From a bacterium (GTDB lineage Bacteria; Verrucomicrobiota; Kiritimatiellia; CAIKKV01; CAIYGI01): a DNA stretch of 64,000 bases. Positions 1 through 8,765 of this stretch are shown here, piece after piece; the first letter of the stretch is position 1; the number at the start of each line of letters is the position of its first letter. The DNA is taken from assembly GCA_025360745.1 (NCBI GenBank), contig JANYBP010000129.1, forward strand, positions 28,126 through 92,125, read 5' to 3'. Position numbers and translations under genes: made by a program. Below the pieces are notes generated by a model. That model was given only the letters and a program-made list of their open reading frames with translations. It made no database searches and was not told the DNA's origin.

Positions 1-337
1 TCTCAAGCGCCGTGCGATGCGGCAGCAGACAGAAGCGCTGGAAGACCATGCCCAGCCGCGCCGCGCGCCAGGCATTGCGTTGCGCCTCGCTCAGATCATC
101 GGTGGCCTGGCCGTCGAACCACAGACGGCCCGCTGTCGGCGTATCGAGCAGCGCCAGCAGGTTCAGCAGCGTCGTCTTGCCCGCGCCGGAGGGACCGGTG
201 AGCAGCGCGAATTCGCCGGGCATCACCTCAAAAGAAGCCTCGCGCAGGGCCGCCACCGCTCCGCCCGGCGCCGGAAATGCGCGCGCGACGTTGGTCAGAC
301 GCAAGAGCGGAGGTCGGAGATCAGAGGGAGCGCGCAT
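1..337 (-). CDS. ABC transporter ATP-binding protein, MacB/LolD-like (N-terminal part; the gene runs off the left edge)
   Basis: Hand translation of the minus strand from ATG at 337 gives MRAPSDLRPPLLRLTNVARAFPAPGGAVAALREASFEVMPGEFALLTGPSGAGKTTLLNLLALLDTPTAGRL, which contains Walker A GPSGAGKT. It is missing from the ORF track because it is truncated. The + ORFs 12..353 and 17..367 are its antisense shadows. Confidence 0.8.
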   Translation of the reverse strand, partial: MRAPSDLRPPLLRLTNVARAFPAPGGAVAALREASFEVMPGEFALLTGPSGAGKTTLLNLLALLDTPTAGRLWFDGQATDDLSEAQRNAWRAARLGMVFQRFCLLPHRTALE

Positions 338-451
338 CTCAGATGGAAGGTGAAGGTTGAAGAATAGCGGGATCGTCCCATATCGCTACGACGCATACCG
401 ATCTGTCTGCATGCGCAAAATCTTCCGCCATTGTGTTTAGAGCTTCTTCGA

Positions 452-754
452 TCAGGCGACGGCACGTTGTCGCACTTCTCTGTCAATTCGGGATCCGATT
501 CTATCGATCTCCGTCTCCAAGTCGTAACTGGCCTGGAGGTTTAGCCAGAACTGTGGCGACAAACCGAAATATCGGGCAAGTCGAAGCGATGTATCGGCGC
601 TGACCGCCCTGTTGCCGTGTACGATTTCGTTTATCCGCCGGGCGGGCACATGAATATCCTTCGCCAAGCGATACTGCGTGATGTTCATGGGTTTAAGGAA
701 TTCATCCATGAGAACTTCGCCCGGGTGAATCGGCGCCATTTTTTTTGTTTTCAT
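452..754 (-). CDS. higA: HigA-family antitoxin (XRE-type HTH)
   Basis: MKTKKMAPIHPGEVLMDEFLKPMNITQYRLAKDIHVPARRINEIVHGNRAVSADTSLRLARYFGLSPQFWLNLQASYDLE matches the HigA/VapI pattern (PGE.L.eefL, HTH, W.nLQ..ydl). I chose the internal ATG at 754, 7 nt after the higB stop, rather than the 790 start that overlaps higB. Confidence 0.85.
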   Translation of the reverse strand: MKTKKMAPIHPGEVLMDEFLKPMNITQYRLAKDIHVPARRINEIVHGNRAVSADTSLRLARYFGLSPQFWLNLQASYDLETEIDRIGSRIDREVRQRAVA

Positions 755-761
755 CTGTCTC

Positions 762-1043
762 TCAGTGGTAGTCCACAATCTCGACTTCATGCGCGTTACC
801 GTCGCGCCATTTGAAACATATCCGCCATTGTTTGTTGATCCGGATGCTGTATTGTCCCTTGCGATCGTCTTTCAACTCCTCTAAATAATTGCCGGGAGGC
901 GCCTGGAGGTCGCGCCAATCGTGAGCGGCGCCCAGCATCACGAGTTTGCGAAGCGCAACTCGTTGAATATCGTGCGGTAGTTTTCGCGATCCTGTCCGGT
1001 TGTAGATTCGTTCTGTTTCTTTGCATCGAAATGACTGAATCAT
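762..1043 (-). CDS. higB: HigB-type toxin (RelE/ParE superfamily, plasmid maintenance system killer)
   Basis: 93 aa, MIQSFRCKETERIYN...QYSIRINKQWRICFKWRDGNAHEVEIVDYH. The C-terminal motif (QWRIcF.w.dg.a..VeivDYH) is typical of HigB. It lies directly upstream of higA. Confidence 0.85.
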   Translation of the reverse strand: MIQSFRCKETERIYNRTGSRKLPHDIQRVALRKLVMLGAAHDWRDLQAPPGNYLEELKDDRKGQYSIRINKQWRICFKWRDGNAHEVEIVDYH

Positions 1044-1124
1044 AAGTCACTAATAACGCGATCCATTAGTATCGTCAAGCGTTATTATCGAGCGACAGCG
1101 GTTCCATCTTGCGGACATTTACGC

Positions 1125-2477
1125 TCATGGCAGCAAAACCCGCTGGCCGGGGGTAAGCCCTTGCAGCGCTTCGAAATCGCGTTCGTTGCCGGGACCGACG
1201 ATGAGCGGAACGATTTTTTGACGGCCCTGGGCATCGAGCGTCCGGCAGAGGGCGCGTTCGTTTTCCCACCAGACGGCGGCGCGCGGCACGAGCGTGGCGC
1301 GGGCGCGGGCGTAGGTGCGGACGCGCACACGGGCGGTCAGGTCGGCCCGCAGACGCGCATCGCCGGCGTCGAGGCGGATGGTCAGCGGATAAAGCCGCGT
1401 CGAGGAACCTGGCGCGGGCTGGGCGGTGGCGCCGACGGATTCGACGCGGCCGGTCAGGACGAGATCCGGCCAGGCGCACAGTTCCATAACCGCGACGGCC
1501 CCTGGCGGCACACGGTGCAAATCGGACTCGGGGACGGCGCAGACGGCCAGCGGTTCGCGCAGGTCGGGAATCGTCAGAAAGGGTTGGTTCCGGTAGAGCG
1601 TGTCGCCGACGCGGGCGGGGCGCACATCGGTTCCCAGCGGCAAGGGCAGCAGGGCCACGATGCCATCCGCCGGGGCGTATACGACGCAGTTGGAAACCTG
1701 GGCGGCGGCGGTGGCGAGTTCCTGCTCCGCGGCGTCGAGGGTGGCGCGGGCGCGGGCCAGAGCGGCGGGATGCAAGTGTGTGCGGGTGCGTTCAAGTTGG
1801 GCCTCGGCCGCCGCCGCCGCCGCCGCCGCCGCCTCGCTGCGGCGGGCTTGCGCGGCAAGATCCTGAGGCGCCAGCAGTCCGTCGCGTTGCAGCGCGCGGT
1901 CGTCTTCCTGTGCGGCCTGCTCCTCCACCGCCTTGCGGCGCGCCTCGGCGACACGGGCTTCGAGTTCGGCGATTTCCAGCGGCAGCCGGCCGTTCTCCAG
2001 CGCCCGCAGGTCTTCGCGCGCCAGGGTGGCGTCGCGCGCAAAGCGCACGACCTCGCGTTCCCAGGGGGCGGCGTCGAAGCGGGCGACGATCCCGTCCACA
2101 CGCACATGCGCGCCGTCGGGGGCGAGTTCGACCAGTGTGGCGGGACCGGCGAGACGGGAGGCCACGGGATGCCGCGCGCGGGCTTCGATGCGGCCATCGT
2201 AGATGTTCCAGACCTCGAACGGCGCCTGGCGCACGAAGGCCATGTCGGCGGGCGCCTCGCGGCGGCCGCAACCGCAAGTGAAAACGGCGGACAACAGCGC
2301 GGCGGCGAGGACGTTACGCACGAAAAAGCGAATTAAAGACGGCGCTCTCGGCGAGAGCGCCCTAACGGGCGGCGGTAGGGCGGCCTCGCCGAGGCCGCCG
2401 CGTGGGCGTAAGGTGCAGTGAATGTCGTCGAAAAGACGTAACGACGTCAGGCGAGAATTTTTGGGAGGGCGCATCAT
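1125..2477 (-). CDS. HlyD/MacA-family periplasmic adaptor (membrane fusion protein)
   Basis: N-terminal hydrophobic anchor (VLAAALLSAVFTCGC), a long Ala/Glu/Arg coiled-coil hairpin, and beta-barrel-like C-terminal segments (VGDTLYRNQPFLTIPD, GRVESVG). It sits between the TolC-like and ABC ATPase genes. I chose the start ATGATG at 2477/2474, which overlaps the upstream stop; the 2609 start in the track looks over-extended. Confidence 0.75.
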   Translation of the reverse strand: MMRPPKNSRLTSLRLFDDIHCTLRPRGGLGEAALPPPVRALSPRAPSLIRFFVRNVLAAALLSAVFTCGCGRREAPADMAFVRQAPFEVWNIYDGRIEARARHPVASRLAGPATLVELAPDGAHVRVDGIVARFDAAPWEREVVRFARDATLAREDLRALENGRLPLEIAELEARVAEARRKAVEEQAAQEDDRALQRDGLLAPQDLAAQARRSEAAAAAAAAAEAQLERTRTHLHPAALARARATLDAAEQELATAAAQVSNCVVYAPADGIVALLPLPLGTDVRPARVGDTLYRNQPFLTIPDLREPLAVCAVPESDLHRVPPGAVAVMELCAWPDLVLTGRVESVGATAQPAPGSSTRLYPLTIRLDAGDARLRADLTARVRVRTYARARATLVPRAAVWWENERALCRTLDAQGRQKIVPLIVGPGNERDFEALQGLTPGQRVLLP

Positions 2478-3928
2478 GGGGCGGGCTCCGATCCGGATTT
2501 CAGGCAGTTGGGGACATCGGTCAGTGTGCCCAGGGTCCAGAGCAGGCGGTAGGCCGCAACGGTGACGGCCGAACTGGCGGCCAGCCAGCGTTCGTCGGCT
2601 TCGCGCCATTGCGTTTCGGCATCCGCGACATCGAAGGTGGTGGCGCGGGCGCTGCTGTAAAGACGGCGCATCAGTTCAAGCCTCTGCCGGGCGGCGGCGA
2701 GGGTGGTCCCGGCCAGCGGTAATTCATCATCGCTGCGATGCAAGACATCGAGGGCTTGCAGGACCTGCAGGCGGATGGCGGATTGCACGGTGTCGGAGCG
2801 CAGGCGGGCGACGCGCTCGGTGATTTCGGCCTGCGAGAGGGCGCGTCTTTCGGCGCGCGGGGGAAAGTCCGAGAGCAGGCGCACGCCGACCATCCAGGCG
2901 TTGTGATCCAGCGACATGGCGGCGGAGGCGGTATCGCCCTGTCCCTGGCGTTCGTAGCGCGAGACAAGTTCGATATCCGGCAGGAGCGTCTGCCGGGCGA
3001 TGCGCACGCCGCGGCGGGCATCGTCGATATCCTGGAGAATCTGGGCGTAGTCCAGGCGGTTGCTGAGCGCAATGGCGGCGGCCTCGTCGGCGGCGGGTGC
3101 GCTGACGACGAAGCGCGGTCCCGGCAGCGCATCGAACGGAACGCTGGGCGGCAGGCCCAGCAGATCGGCGAGTTCGGCGCGGCGAGCGGTAAGGCGTGCC
3201 GCGGTATCGGCCCGCTGCTGGTGAATGGTGCCGCCGGCAATTTCGGCGCGCAGCGTATCGCCGCGGGCGGCGCGGCCCTGGCGATCGCGGGCGCGGGTCA
3301 GGCGCAGGAAGGCATCCATGCGGGAGACGGCGGCGGTATCGTTCGTGAAACGGCGCTGCAGGCGGAAGAGTTCCTCGTGCAGTTCCACCACGCGCAACAC
3401 GATGTCGGCGCGCTGGAGTTCGAGCTCGCGGCGGGCGGTCTGCACCTCGCGCGAGGCGCGCACGAGCGGCTCGGCATTCACCAGTCTGCCGCCGCGGCGC
3501 AGCAACGGCTGGCGGACCTCGATGGCCACACGCCCCTCATTCACGTCGGGGGCATTGTCGAGCGTGGTCTGCTGGAAACGCGGTCCGGCGCTGAGCACCG
3601 TGCCGGCCTCGGTGGCGCGCACGGCCGACAAGCCGGCGTCGATGTACCGTCCGTCGTCGCGCGCCTCGGCGCCGCCCAGCGGGCGCAAGGTCCAGCGGTA
3701 GGAATCGGCGGCGGCCCCGGCGCCGACCTGCCGGGATTCGAGTCCCAGGCGGCGGGCCTCGATGGCGCGGTTATGGGCCAGGGCGTAGTCTATGGCGGCG
3801 GGCAGGGTCCAGGCGCAGGGCGCGTCATTCGTCGCTTCGGAAGCCGCGGCCGCGCGCGCGGCGCCGCCGGCCATTGTGGCGAGCAGCCCCACGCCGGGCA
3901 GCCAGCGCCTGAACGCGCGAAAGGTCAT
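2474..3928 (-). CDS. TolC-family outer membrane efflux protein
   Basis: Signal-like N-terminus MTFRAFRRWLPGVGLLATMAGGAARA, followed by two TolC-type repeats (IDYALAHNRAIEARRL..., LSNRLDYAQILQDIDDARRGVRIARQ...). The start ATG at 3928 forms an ATGA overlap with the stop of the upstream GT2 gene. The 633-aa version in the track is over-extended. Confidence 0.8.
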   Translation of the reverse strand: MTFRAFRRWLPGVGLLATMAGGAARAAAASEATNDAPCAWTLPAAIDYALAHNRAIEARRLGLESRQVGAGAAADSYRWTLRPLGGAEARDDGRYIDAGLSAVRATEAGTVLSAGPRFQQTTLDNAPDVNEGRVAIEVRQPLLRRGGRLVNAEPLVRASREVQTARRELELQRADIVLRVVELHEELFRLQRRFTNDTAAVSRMDAFLRLTRARDRQGRAARGDTLRAEIAGGTIHQQRADTAARLTARRAELADLLGLPPSVPFDALPGPRFVVSAPAADEAAAIALSNRLDYAQILQDIDDARRGVRIARQTLLPDIELVSRYERQGQGDTASAAMSLDHNAWMVGVRLLSDFPPRAERRALSQAEITERVARLRSDTVQSAIRLQVLQALDVLHRSDDELPLAGTTLAAARQRLELMRRLYSSARATTFDVADAETQWREADERWLAASSAVTVAAYRLLWTLGTLTDVPNCLKSGSEPAP

Positions 3929-4794
3929 GGCGTGCGGTCCGGAGTCCTGGTCTTGGGCCGCGGAAAGACGGCCGGCAGGATGTCGAAGCGTCCGCGGCTC
4001 TTGTGGTTCATTTCCCAGAGCTTGGCGTACTTGATGAAGACGCCGTAGGAATTGAGCATCGCGATGATCAGCCCGTGCATTCCGTCCAGAAACCCCAGCC
4101 GGACAAAGTAGCCTTTCAGAAAGCGGATCGGCGGCCGCAGCAGCAGGTCGGCCCAGCGGAAGGGGCTTTCCTGGACAAACTTCTGCTGGGCGGTGATGGT
4201 AGAGAAACGGTTCAAGGTGTCCAGATGGTCGCGAATGTCGTCGTAGGTGTAATGGTAGAGCGGATTGCGCAGCCGTTTGACGGGACCGTTCACGATCACA
4301 TGATCGTGCGGTTCCTCGCCCTCGGTGCGTCCGTTGTTTTTTTTGAAGAGGCGCAGTTTGACATCGGGATACCACTCCCCGTGGCGGATCCAGCGGCCGA
4401 GGTAATAGACTTGCCGTGGAAACTCGAAGCCCACGTAGTTATGGGACTTGCCGGCCCGCAACTCGGCTTTAATTTCCTGGACCAACCCGGTCGAGACCTC
4501 TTCGTCGGCGTCGAGAAAGAGAATCCAGGGATGCACGGTCATTTCGCGCACCAGATTGCGCTGGCCGACGTAACCCAGCCAGGCGTGCTGGTAAACCCGA
4601 TCCGTGTAACGCCGGCAGATTTCCAGCGTGCCGTCGGTGCTGAAGCTGTCCATGATGACCAGTTCGTCGCACCAGGTCAGACTGCGCAGGCAGCGCTCGA
4701 TCTTGCTTTCTTCGTTGAAGGTGAGCACGCAGGCCGAAATGCGTTCGCCGATCGCCGGAGTTTTTTCTTCGTCAGGCATGGCAAGTCGGCTCAT
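3925..4794 (-). CDS. Family 2 glycosyltransferase (LPS-core KdtX/WaaE-like)
   Basis: ISACVLTFNEESKIERCLRSLTWCDELVIMDSFSTDGT...FLDADEEV is a GT-A fold with a DxD-like DAD motif. An ATGA overlap with the upstream FHA gene stop lies at 4791-4794. Confidence 0.85.
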   Translation of the reverse strand: MSRLAMPDEEKTPAIGERISACVLTFNEESKIERCLRSLTWCDELVIMDSFSTDGTLEICRRYTDRVYQHAWLGYVGQRNLVREMTVHPWILFLDADEEVSTGLVQEIKAELRAGKSHNYVGFEFPRQVYYLGRWIRHGEWYPDVKLRLFKKNNGRTEGEEPHDHVIVNGPVKRLRNPLYHYTYDDIRDHLDTLNRFSTITAQQKFVQESPFRWADLLLRPPIRFLKGYFVRLGFLDGMHGLIIAMLNSYGVFIKYAKLWEMNHKSRGRFDILPAVFPRPKTRTPDRTP

Positions 4795-6074
4795 GGCGCG
4801 GATTTCGGGGCGGCGTTCGATTCGTCGAGCAAATTATGCGGCTGGGCATCCGCGGCCAGCAGGCGCGCGCCGTCATAGACTCGCACCACGAAACCGTGGT
4901 AAATCGCGGCGCGCGGCGCGGACCCGTCGGCGCGGCGCGGCGCCACGTAGGTCGCGCCCACCGAATACCGCCCGGACCCCGCTGCGCCGGAGGGCTGCAC
5001 GGTCCTGGGGGTGACGATCGCCTGGGAAGGCACGATGGCGCCGTCGCGTTCAAGGCGATCGAAGAACCTGACCTCGACCCGCAAGGCCTTGACAGGGGCG
5101 TTGGCCGGCGTGGCCTGCAGGCTGGCGCTGACGATACGCATCTCTTCAAACTCATCAGTGGCCGGAAATTTATTCTGCCGCAGTTCTGCCAGGACAAAGG
5201 CGCCGGAAACGGTCGGCGCTTTCGGACGGGGCACCATGGCGCCGGCCGGCGGCGGCGGTTCCGGTTGCACAGACGGGGCGATTTGAACCGGCGCATTGGT
5301 GACCACCGGCGCCGCGGCGACGACGGGCCGATTGTTCGAAAGGCCCTGCATGGTCACGCGCATCAGGGCCAGTTCCTGTTCGATGCGATCCAGCTTTTCG
5401 GTGGCGACGGCCGCCGGCGCGAAGGCGACGCCAGTGAAGACATTCATGACCGGCGGCGGGGCGGAAGTCACCGCCGCAATCGTCACGACGCCGGACATCG
5501 TTTCATCCGTTTTGACGGCGGGGGGGGGCGCCGTCGCGTCGGTCGCCGCCGCCGCGGTCGAAACTCCGGTCGTCGCCGCGAGATAAGTGTCCAGCGCCAG
5601 CGGATTGGGCACCGGCTGCGGAGTGTGGGGCGCGCGGGCGCTGCGATGCCAGGTCATGACGGCCACGACAAGGGCCGCGACCAGCAATCCGTTCATGACC
5701 AGCCCGACGGGAAAGCGGTGGCGCGGCAGCAGGTCATCATCGCCCGGCGCGGGGCTGGGCGGCGCATCCACTTCCGCCTGCACCATGGCCTGCACAAGCA
5801 GTTTGGTGCGGCCGAGTTCGATGGTGTCGCCGTGCTTGAGCTGGGCTTCGGAAACAGCGCGGCCGTTGACCAGCACGCGGTTCATCGAGCCCAGGTCATG
5901 GATCGCCAGTTTCCCGTCCCCGCTGTGCGTAATGCTGGCGTGGCGGCGGGCAACTTCCTCGTCCGGGAGGCAAATCGCCGCGTCCGGATCGTGACCGATA
6001 ACCATCGGCGTCCGTTCCACGGTGATTTGACGGCCCTTCTGGTCGCCGCTCAAAACTATCAGTCGAAATATCAT
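4791..6074 (-). CDS. FHA-domain membrane protein
   Basis: The N-terminus MIFRLIVLSGDQKGRQITVERTPMVIGHDPDAAICLPDEEVARRHASITHSGDGKLAIHDLGSMNRVLVNGRAV is a canonical FHA fold signature (G.....I.l....vSr.Ha.i...g......DlgS.NG..vNG). One TM helix (VGLVMNGLLVAALVVAVMTW) is followed by an Ala/Pro/Val-rich extracytoplasmic region. I chose the start at 6074. Confidence 0.75.
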   Translation of the reverse strand: MIFRLIVLSGDQKGRQITVERTPMVIGHDPDAAICLPDEEVARRHASITHSGDGKLAIHDLGSMNRVLVNGRAVSEAQLKHGDTIELGRTKLLVQAMVQAEVDAPPSPAPGDDDLLPRHRFPVGLVMNGLLVAALVVAVMTWHRSARAPHTPQPVPNPLALDTYLAATTGVSTAAAATDATAPPPAVKTDETMSGVVTIAAVTSAPPPVMNVFTGVAFAPAAVATEKLDRIEQELALMRVTMQGLSNNRPVVAAAPVVTNAPVQIAPSVQPEPPPPAGAMVPRPKAPTVSGAFVLAELRQNKFPATDEFEEMRIVSASLQATPANAPVKALRVEVRFFDRLERDGAIVPSQAIVTPRTVQPSGAAGSGRYSVGATYVAPRRADGSAPRAAIYHGFVVRVYDGARLLAADAQPHNLLDESNAAPKSAP

Positions 6075-6217
6075 AGCCCGCACGCTAGCTCCGCCGGGCG
6101 CGGCCCGGCGCACCCACTGTCCGCCACCGCCCGCCCCGGAGTCAAGGGCTGGCTGAGCGACCGTCTCGTTTCGCCATGATTGTTATCATAGTACTTTGAG
6201 GATTTACAGGCCAGTAA

Positions 6218-7435
6218 TCAGACTTCCACGATCTCCGTCAACGCCTCGGCCAGGCGGTCGATGTCGGCTTCGTTGTTGAAAACGTGCGTTGAGGCGCGCA
6301 CCGTGCCTTCCAAGTTGAGACGCTGGTGAAGCATGTGAGCGCAGTGGTAGCCACCGCTGACCAGTATCTGATGGCGATCGCAGAGCAGGCGGGCGATGTT
6401 TTCCTGCCCGAGGCCCGGCGCCTTAACGACAAAGGTCGCCAGGCCGATGCGCTGACCGTCCGGGACGGAATCCGCCAGAATCTCGACGCCCCCGATGGCG
6501 CGCAAGCGCGTAACCAGTCGGCGGCCGAGTTCGACGGAGTGGCGCTGGACGGTCTCCATGCCCAGGTTGCGCAGGTAGGTCACGGCCGCGCCCAGTCCGA
6601 TCGCGCCTTCGATGTTCGGCGTGCCGGCCTCGAAACGCCACGGCACGTCCTGTAGCACAAACTGTTCCTCTTCGTGCAACTTCACCATGCCTCCGCCGAC
6701 CTGATAGGGCGCCAGGGCTTCGAGCCGTTCCCGCTTTCCGTAAAGCACACCGATTCCCGACGGTCCCAGCAGTTTGTGGCCGGACATGACCAGGAAGTCG
6801 CAGTCCATGGCCCGCACGTCGATCGGCAGATGACTGGCGCTCTGCGAGGCGTCAACCAGCGCGGGAATTCCATGTGCGTGGGCGGCGGCGATCCAGTCGG
6901 CGACTGGCGCAATCGCGCCGAGGGTGTTCGAAACCTGCGCCAGCGCCACCAGCCGCGTCTTCGACGAGAGGCGCCCGCCAAGCTCCTCATAACGCGGCAC
7001 GCCGTCGGGAAGCAGCCCGACCGGCACGGCGCGCGCGTGGAGGCGCCACGGCATGTAGTTGGAATGGTGCTCCAGCGCCGTCACAATCACTTCGTCATCC
7101 TCCCGCAGGCCAAGACCGCTGGCGACCAGGTTGATGCCTTCGGTGGAATTGCGGGTGAAGACGATTTCGGAGGGGGCGGCATTGATGAAGGAGGCCACTT
7201 CCTGGCGCGCCCGCTCGAACAGTTCCGTGGACTCCTCGGAGAGCACATGCACGCCGCGATGCACGTTGGCAGTGCATTCAAGATAATAGCCGGTCACGGC
7301 TTCGATCACGCAGCGCGGCTTGGGCGCGGTCGCGGCGCTGTCCAGGTGCGTGATGGGCTGTCCGTCGATGCATCTTTGCAGCAGCGGAAAATCCGCGCGT
7401 GTGTGCGCCAGTGGATCTGCATCGGCTTGCTTCAC
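6218..7435 (-). CDS. sufS: Cysteine desulfurase, SufS/CsdA-type class V aminotransferase
   Basis: HLDSAATAPKP, HRGVH, ALEHHSNYMPW, SGHKLLGPSGIGVLYG (PLP lysine) and GGYHCAHMLHQ...RASTHVFNNEADID (active-site Cys loop) together match group II cysteine desulfurases. Confidence 0.85.
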   Translation of the reverse strand: MKQADADPLAHTRADFPLLQRCIDGQPITHLDSAATAPKPRCVIEAVTGYYLECTANVHRGVHVLSEESTELFERARQEVASFINAAPSEIVFTRNSTEGINLVASGLGLREDDEVIVTALEHHSNYMPWRLHARAVPVGLLPDGVPRYEELGGRLSSKTRLVALAQVSNTLGAIAPVADWIAAAHAHGIPALVDASQSASHLPIDVRAMDCDFLVMSGHKLLGPSGIGVLYGKRERLEALAPYQVGGGMVKLHEEEQFVLQDVPWRFEAGTPNIEGAIGLGAAVTYLRNLGMETVQRHSVELGRRLVTRLRAIGGVEILADSVPDGQRIGLATFVVKAPGLGQENIARLLCDRHQILVSGGYHCAHMLHQRLNLEGTVRASTHVFNNEADIDRLAEALTEIVEV

Positions 7436-8760
7436 GGCCGGTTTCTCTCCTGTTCGAAAAGCGTCTCAGGGTCCCAGGCGAAAAGCGTGCGCGCCAGCCG
7501 GAACTTGCCGGACTGTTCGGCTACGATGGCGCTTTCCTTTTGCGTCGTCAACCGTGCCGAGGGTCCGTAGAGGGCGGACAGCCTGGCGCCGGCGGCGCTC
7601 GCGACGGTTTCCTCGGCGCCGGGTTCGGCGACAAACAGGAAGCGGTAGCGCTCCCGGTCGTGCTGCTCGATCCGGTAGGTCAGCAGTCCCTCGATGTCGC
7701 CCAGGCTCCGGTCCACGGCGCCGAGCGTGACGGCGTCTCCGTCCGGGGTGAAGGTGAGATCGCGGGTCCGGCCTTCGATCGACTCCAGCGTCAGGCCGCC
7801 GCGGCCGCAGGGACAAGGCGCGGCGGCCAGTCCGCCGAGGTCGCCGACATCGAAGCGCAGCAGGGAGACCCATGGATTCTGGAGGGTCGTGACCAGCATA
7901 CGCCCGATGGACGGAGCGCCATGCCGGGCGCGGAGCGGCTGCAGATCCACCCGGCAGTAATCCGCGTTGAGGTGGAAATGGCCGCGCTCGCATTCGGTGA
8001 AGACATGCCCCGTTTCGGTCGAGCCGTAGGAACTCAAGATGGGCGTCCGCGGGAACAAGCGGCGGATTTGACGGTAGTGCAGGCGGGAGGGAAACTCGAA
8101 GGTCAGCGATATGAAGCGCGGCGCTTGAACCGCGATGCCCTTGTTCGCCGCATGGCGCGCCAGAATCGCGAGATAGGCCGGGTCGGCTTCCAGCAACTCC
8201 GGCGCAAAACGGTTCAACTCGTCCAGAATACGTTCCATGTCGCCGCTCGTCCAATAAGTCGGATCGGGCTTTTGGTTCAGGAAGAGCAGCCGTCCCATGG
8301 TGCGCTCGGCCATGGAGAGGTCGCCGATATGGCAGACATTTCCCGCGCAGAGCGGCGTGGTCAGAACGGCCTCGCGCTGCGAGCCATCGATCACCCGGTC
8401 GAGTCCGGCGTGCAGCCGGGCCGCCGCATGCTCGGAAGCGTCCCACCAGGGCTGGTGCCAGACGATCGTCGCGCGGTCGTCGGAGGTGCCGCTGGTCGTG
8501 ACCAGTTCGATGGCGCCGGATTCTATGCCGGCCCTGAAATCGCGTTCGCGCGGGATGAAGCCTTTCGGCATCTGAACCCGCATGTCGCGCTTGGTCAGAA
8601 TCGGCAGGGCCGCGTAGCGCCGGGCGATGGGACTCCGCGGCCCCGGATCGCGGTCGCGCCAATTCTGGTAGAAGGGGACGTCGGCAAGGGCCGATTCCAG
8701 CGCGGCCAGACCGAGCGCATGGCCGGCGCCGGAGGCCGGCGTGATTGAGGATGCTGTCAT
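7432..8760 (-). CDS. Phenylacetate-CoA ligase family adenylate-forming enzyme (PaaK/CapK/F390-synthetase-like)
   Basis: VTTSGTSDDRATIV (the AMP-binding TSGT/S motif), SSYGSTETGHVF, and a C-terminal KFRLARTLF-type tail. The stop overlaps the sufS start (ATGA at 7432-7435). Confidence 0.7.
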   Translation of the reverse strand: MTASSITPASGAGHALGLAALESALADVPFYQNWRDRDPGPRSPIARRYAALPILTKRDMRVQMPKGFIPRERDFRAGIESGAIELVTTSGTSDDRATIVWHQPWWDASEHAAARLHAGLDRVIDGSQREAVLTTPLCAGNVCHIGDLSMAERTMGRLLFLNQKPDPTYWTSGDMERILDELNRFAPELLEADPAYLAILARHAANKGIAVQAPRFISLTFEFPSRLHYRQIRRLFPRTPILSSYGSTETGHVFTECERGHFHLNADYCRVDLQPLRARHGAPSIGRMLVTTLQNPWVSLLRFDVGDLGGLAAAPCPCGRGGLTLESIEGRTRDLTFTPDGDAVTLGAVDRSLGDIEGLLTYRIEQHDRERYRFLFVAEPGAEETVASAAGARLSALYGPSARLTTQKESAIVAEQSGKFRLARTLFAWDPETLFEQERNRP

Positions 8761-8765
8761 CTGGC

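Noticed and set aside
1807-1833. A (GCC)n run that looks like a simple-sequence repeat.
   Set aside because: It encodes a poly-Ala stretch inside the coiled-coil of the HlyD-like adaptor, in frame. I do not consider it an independent feature.
1161-4048. Long + strand ORFs (1161..2336, 2738..4048 and smaller ones) that overlap the HlyD-like and TolC-like genes.
   Set aside because: They are antisense shadow ORFs typical of high-GC DNA. Their translations are Gly/Arg/Ala-rich low-complexity sequence with no motifs, whereas the minus-strand products have clear family signatures.
6173-6190. The palindrome ATGAT-tgtt-ATCAT upstream of the FHA operon, considered as a possible operator.
   Set aside because: The arms are only 5 bp and it occurs once, so chance occurrence cannot be excluded.
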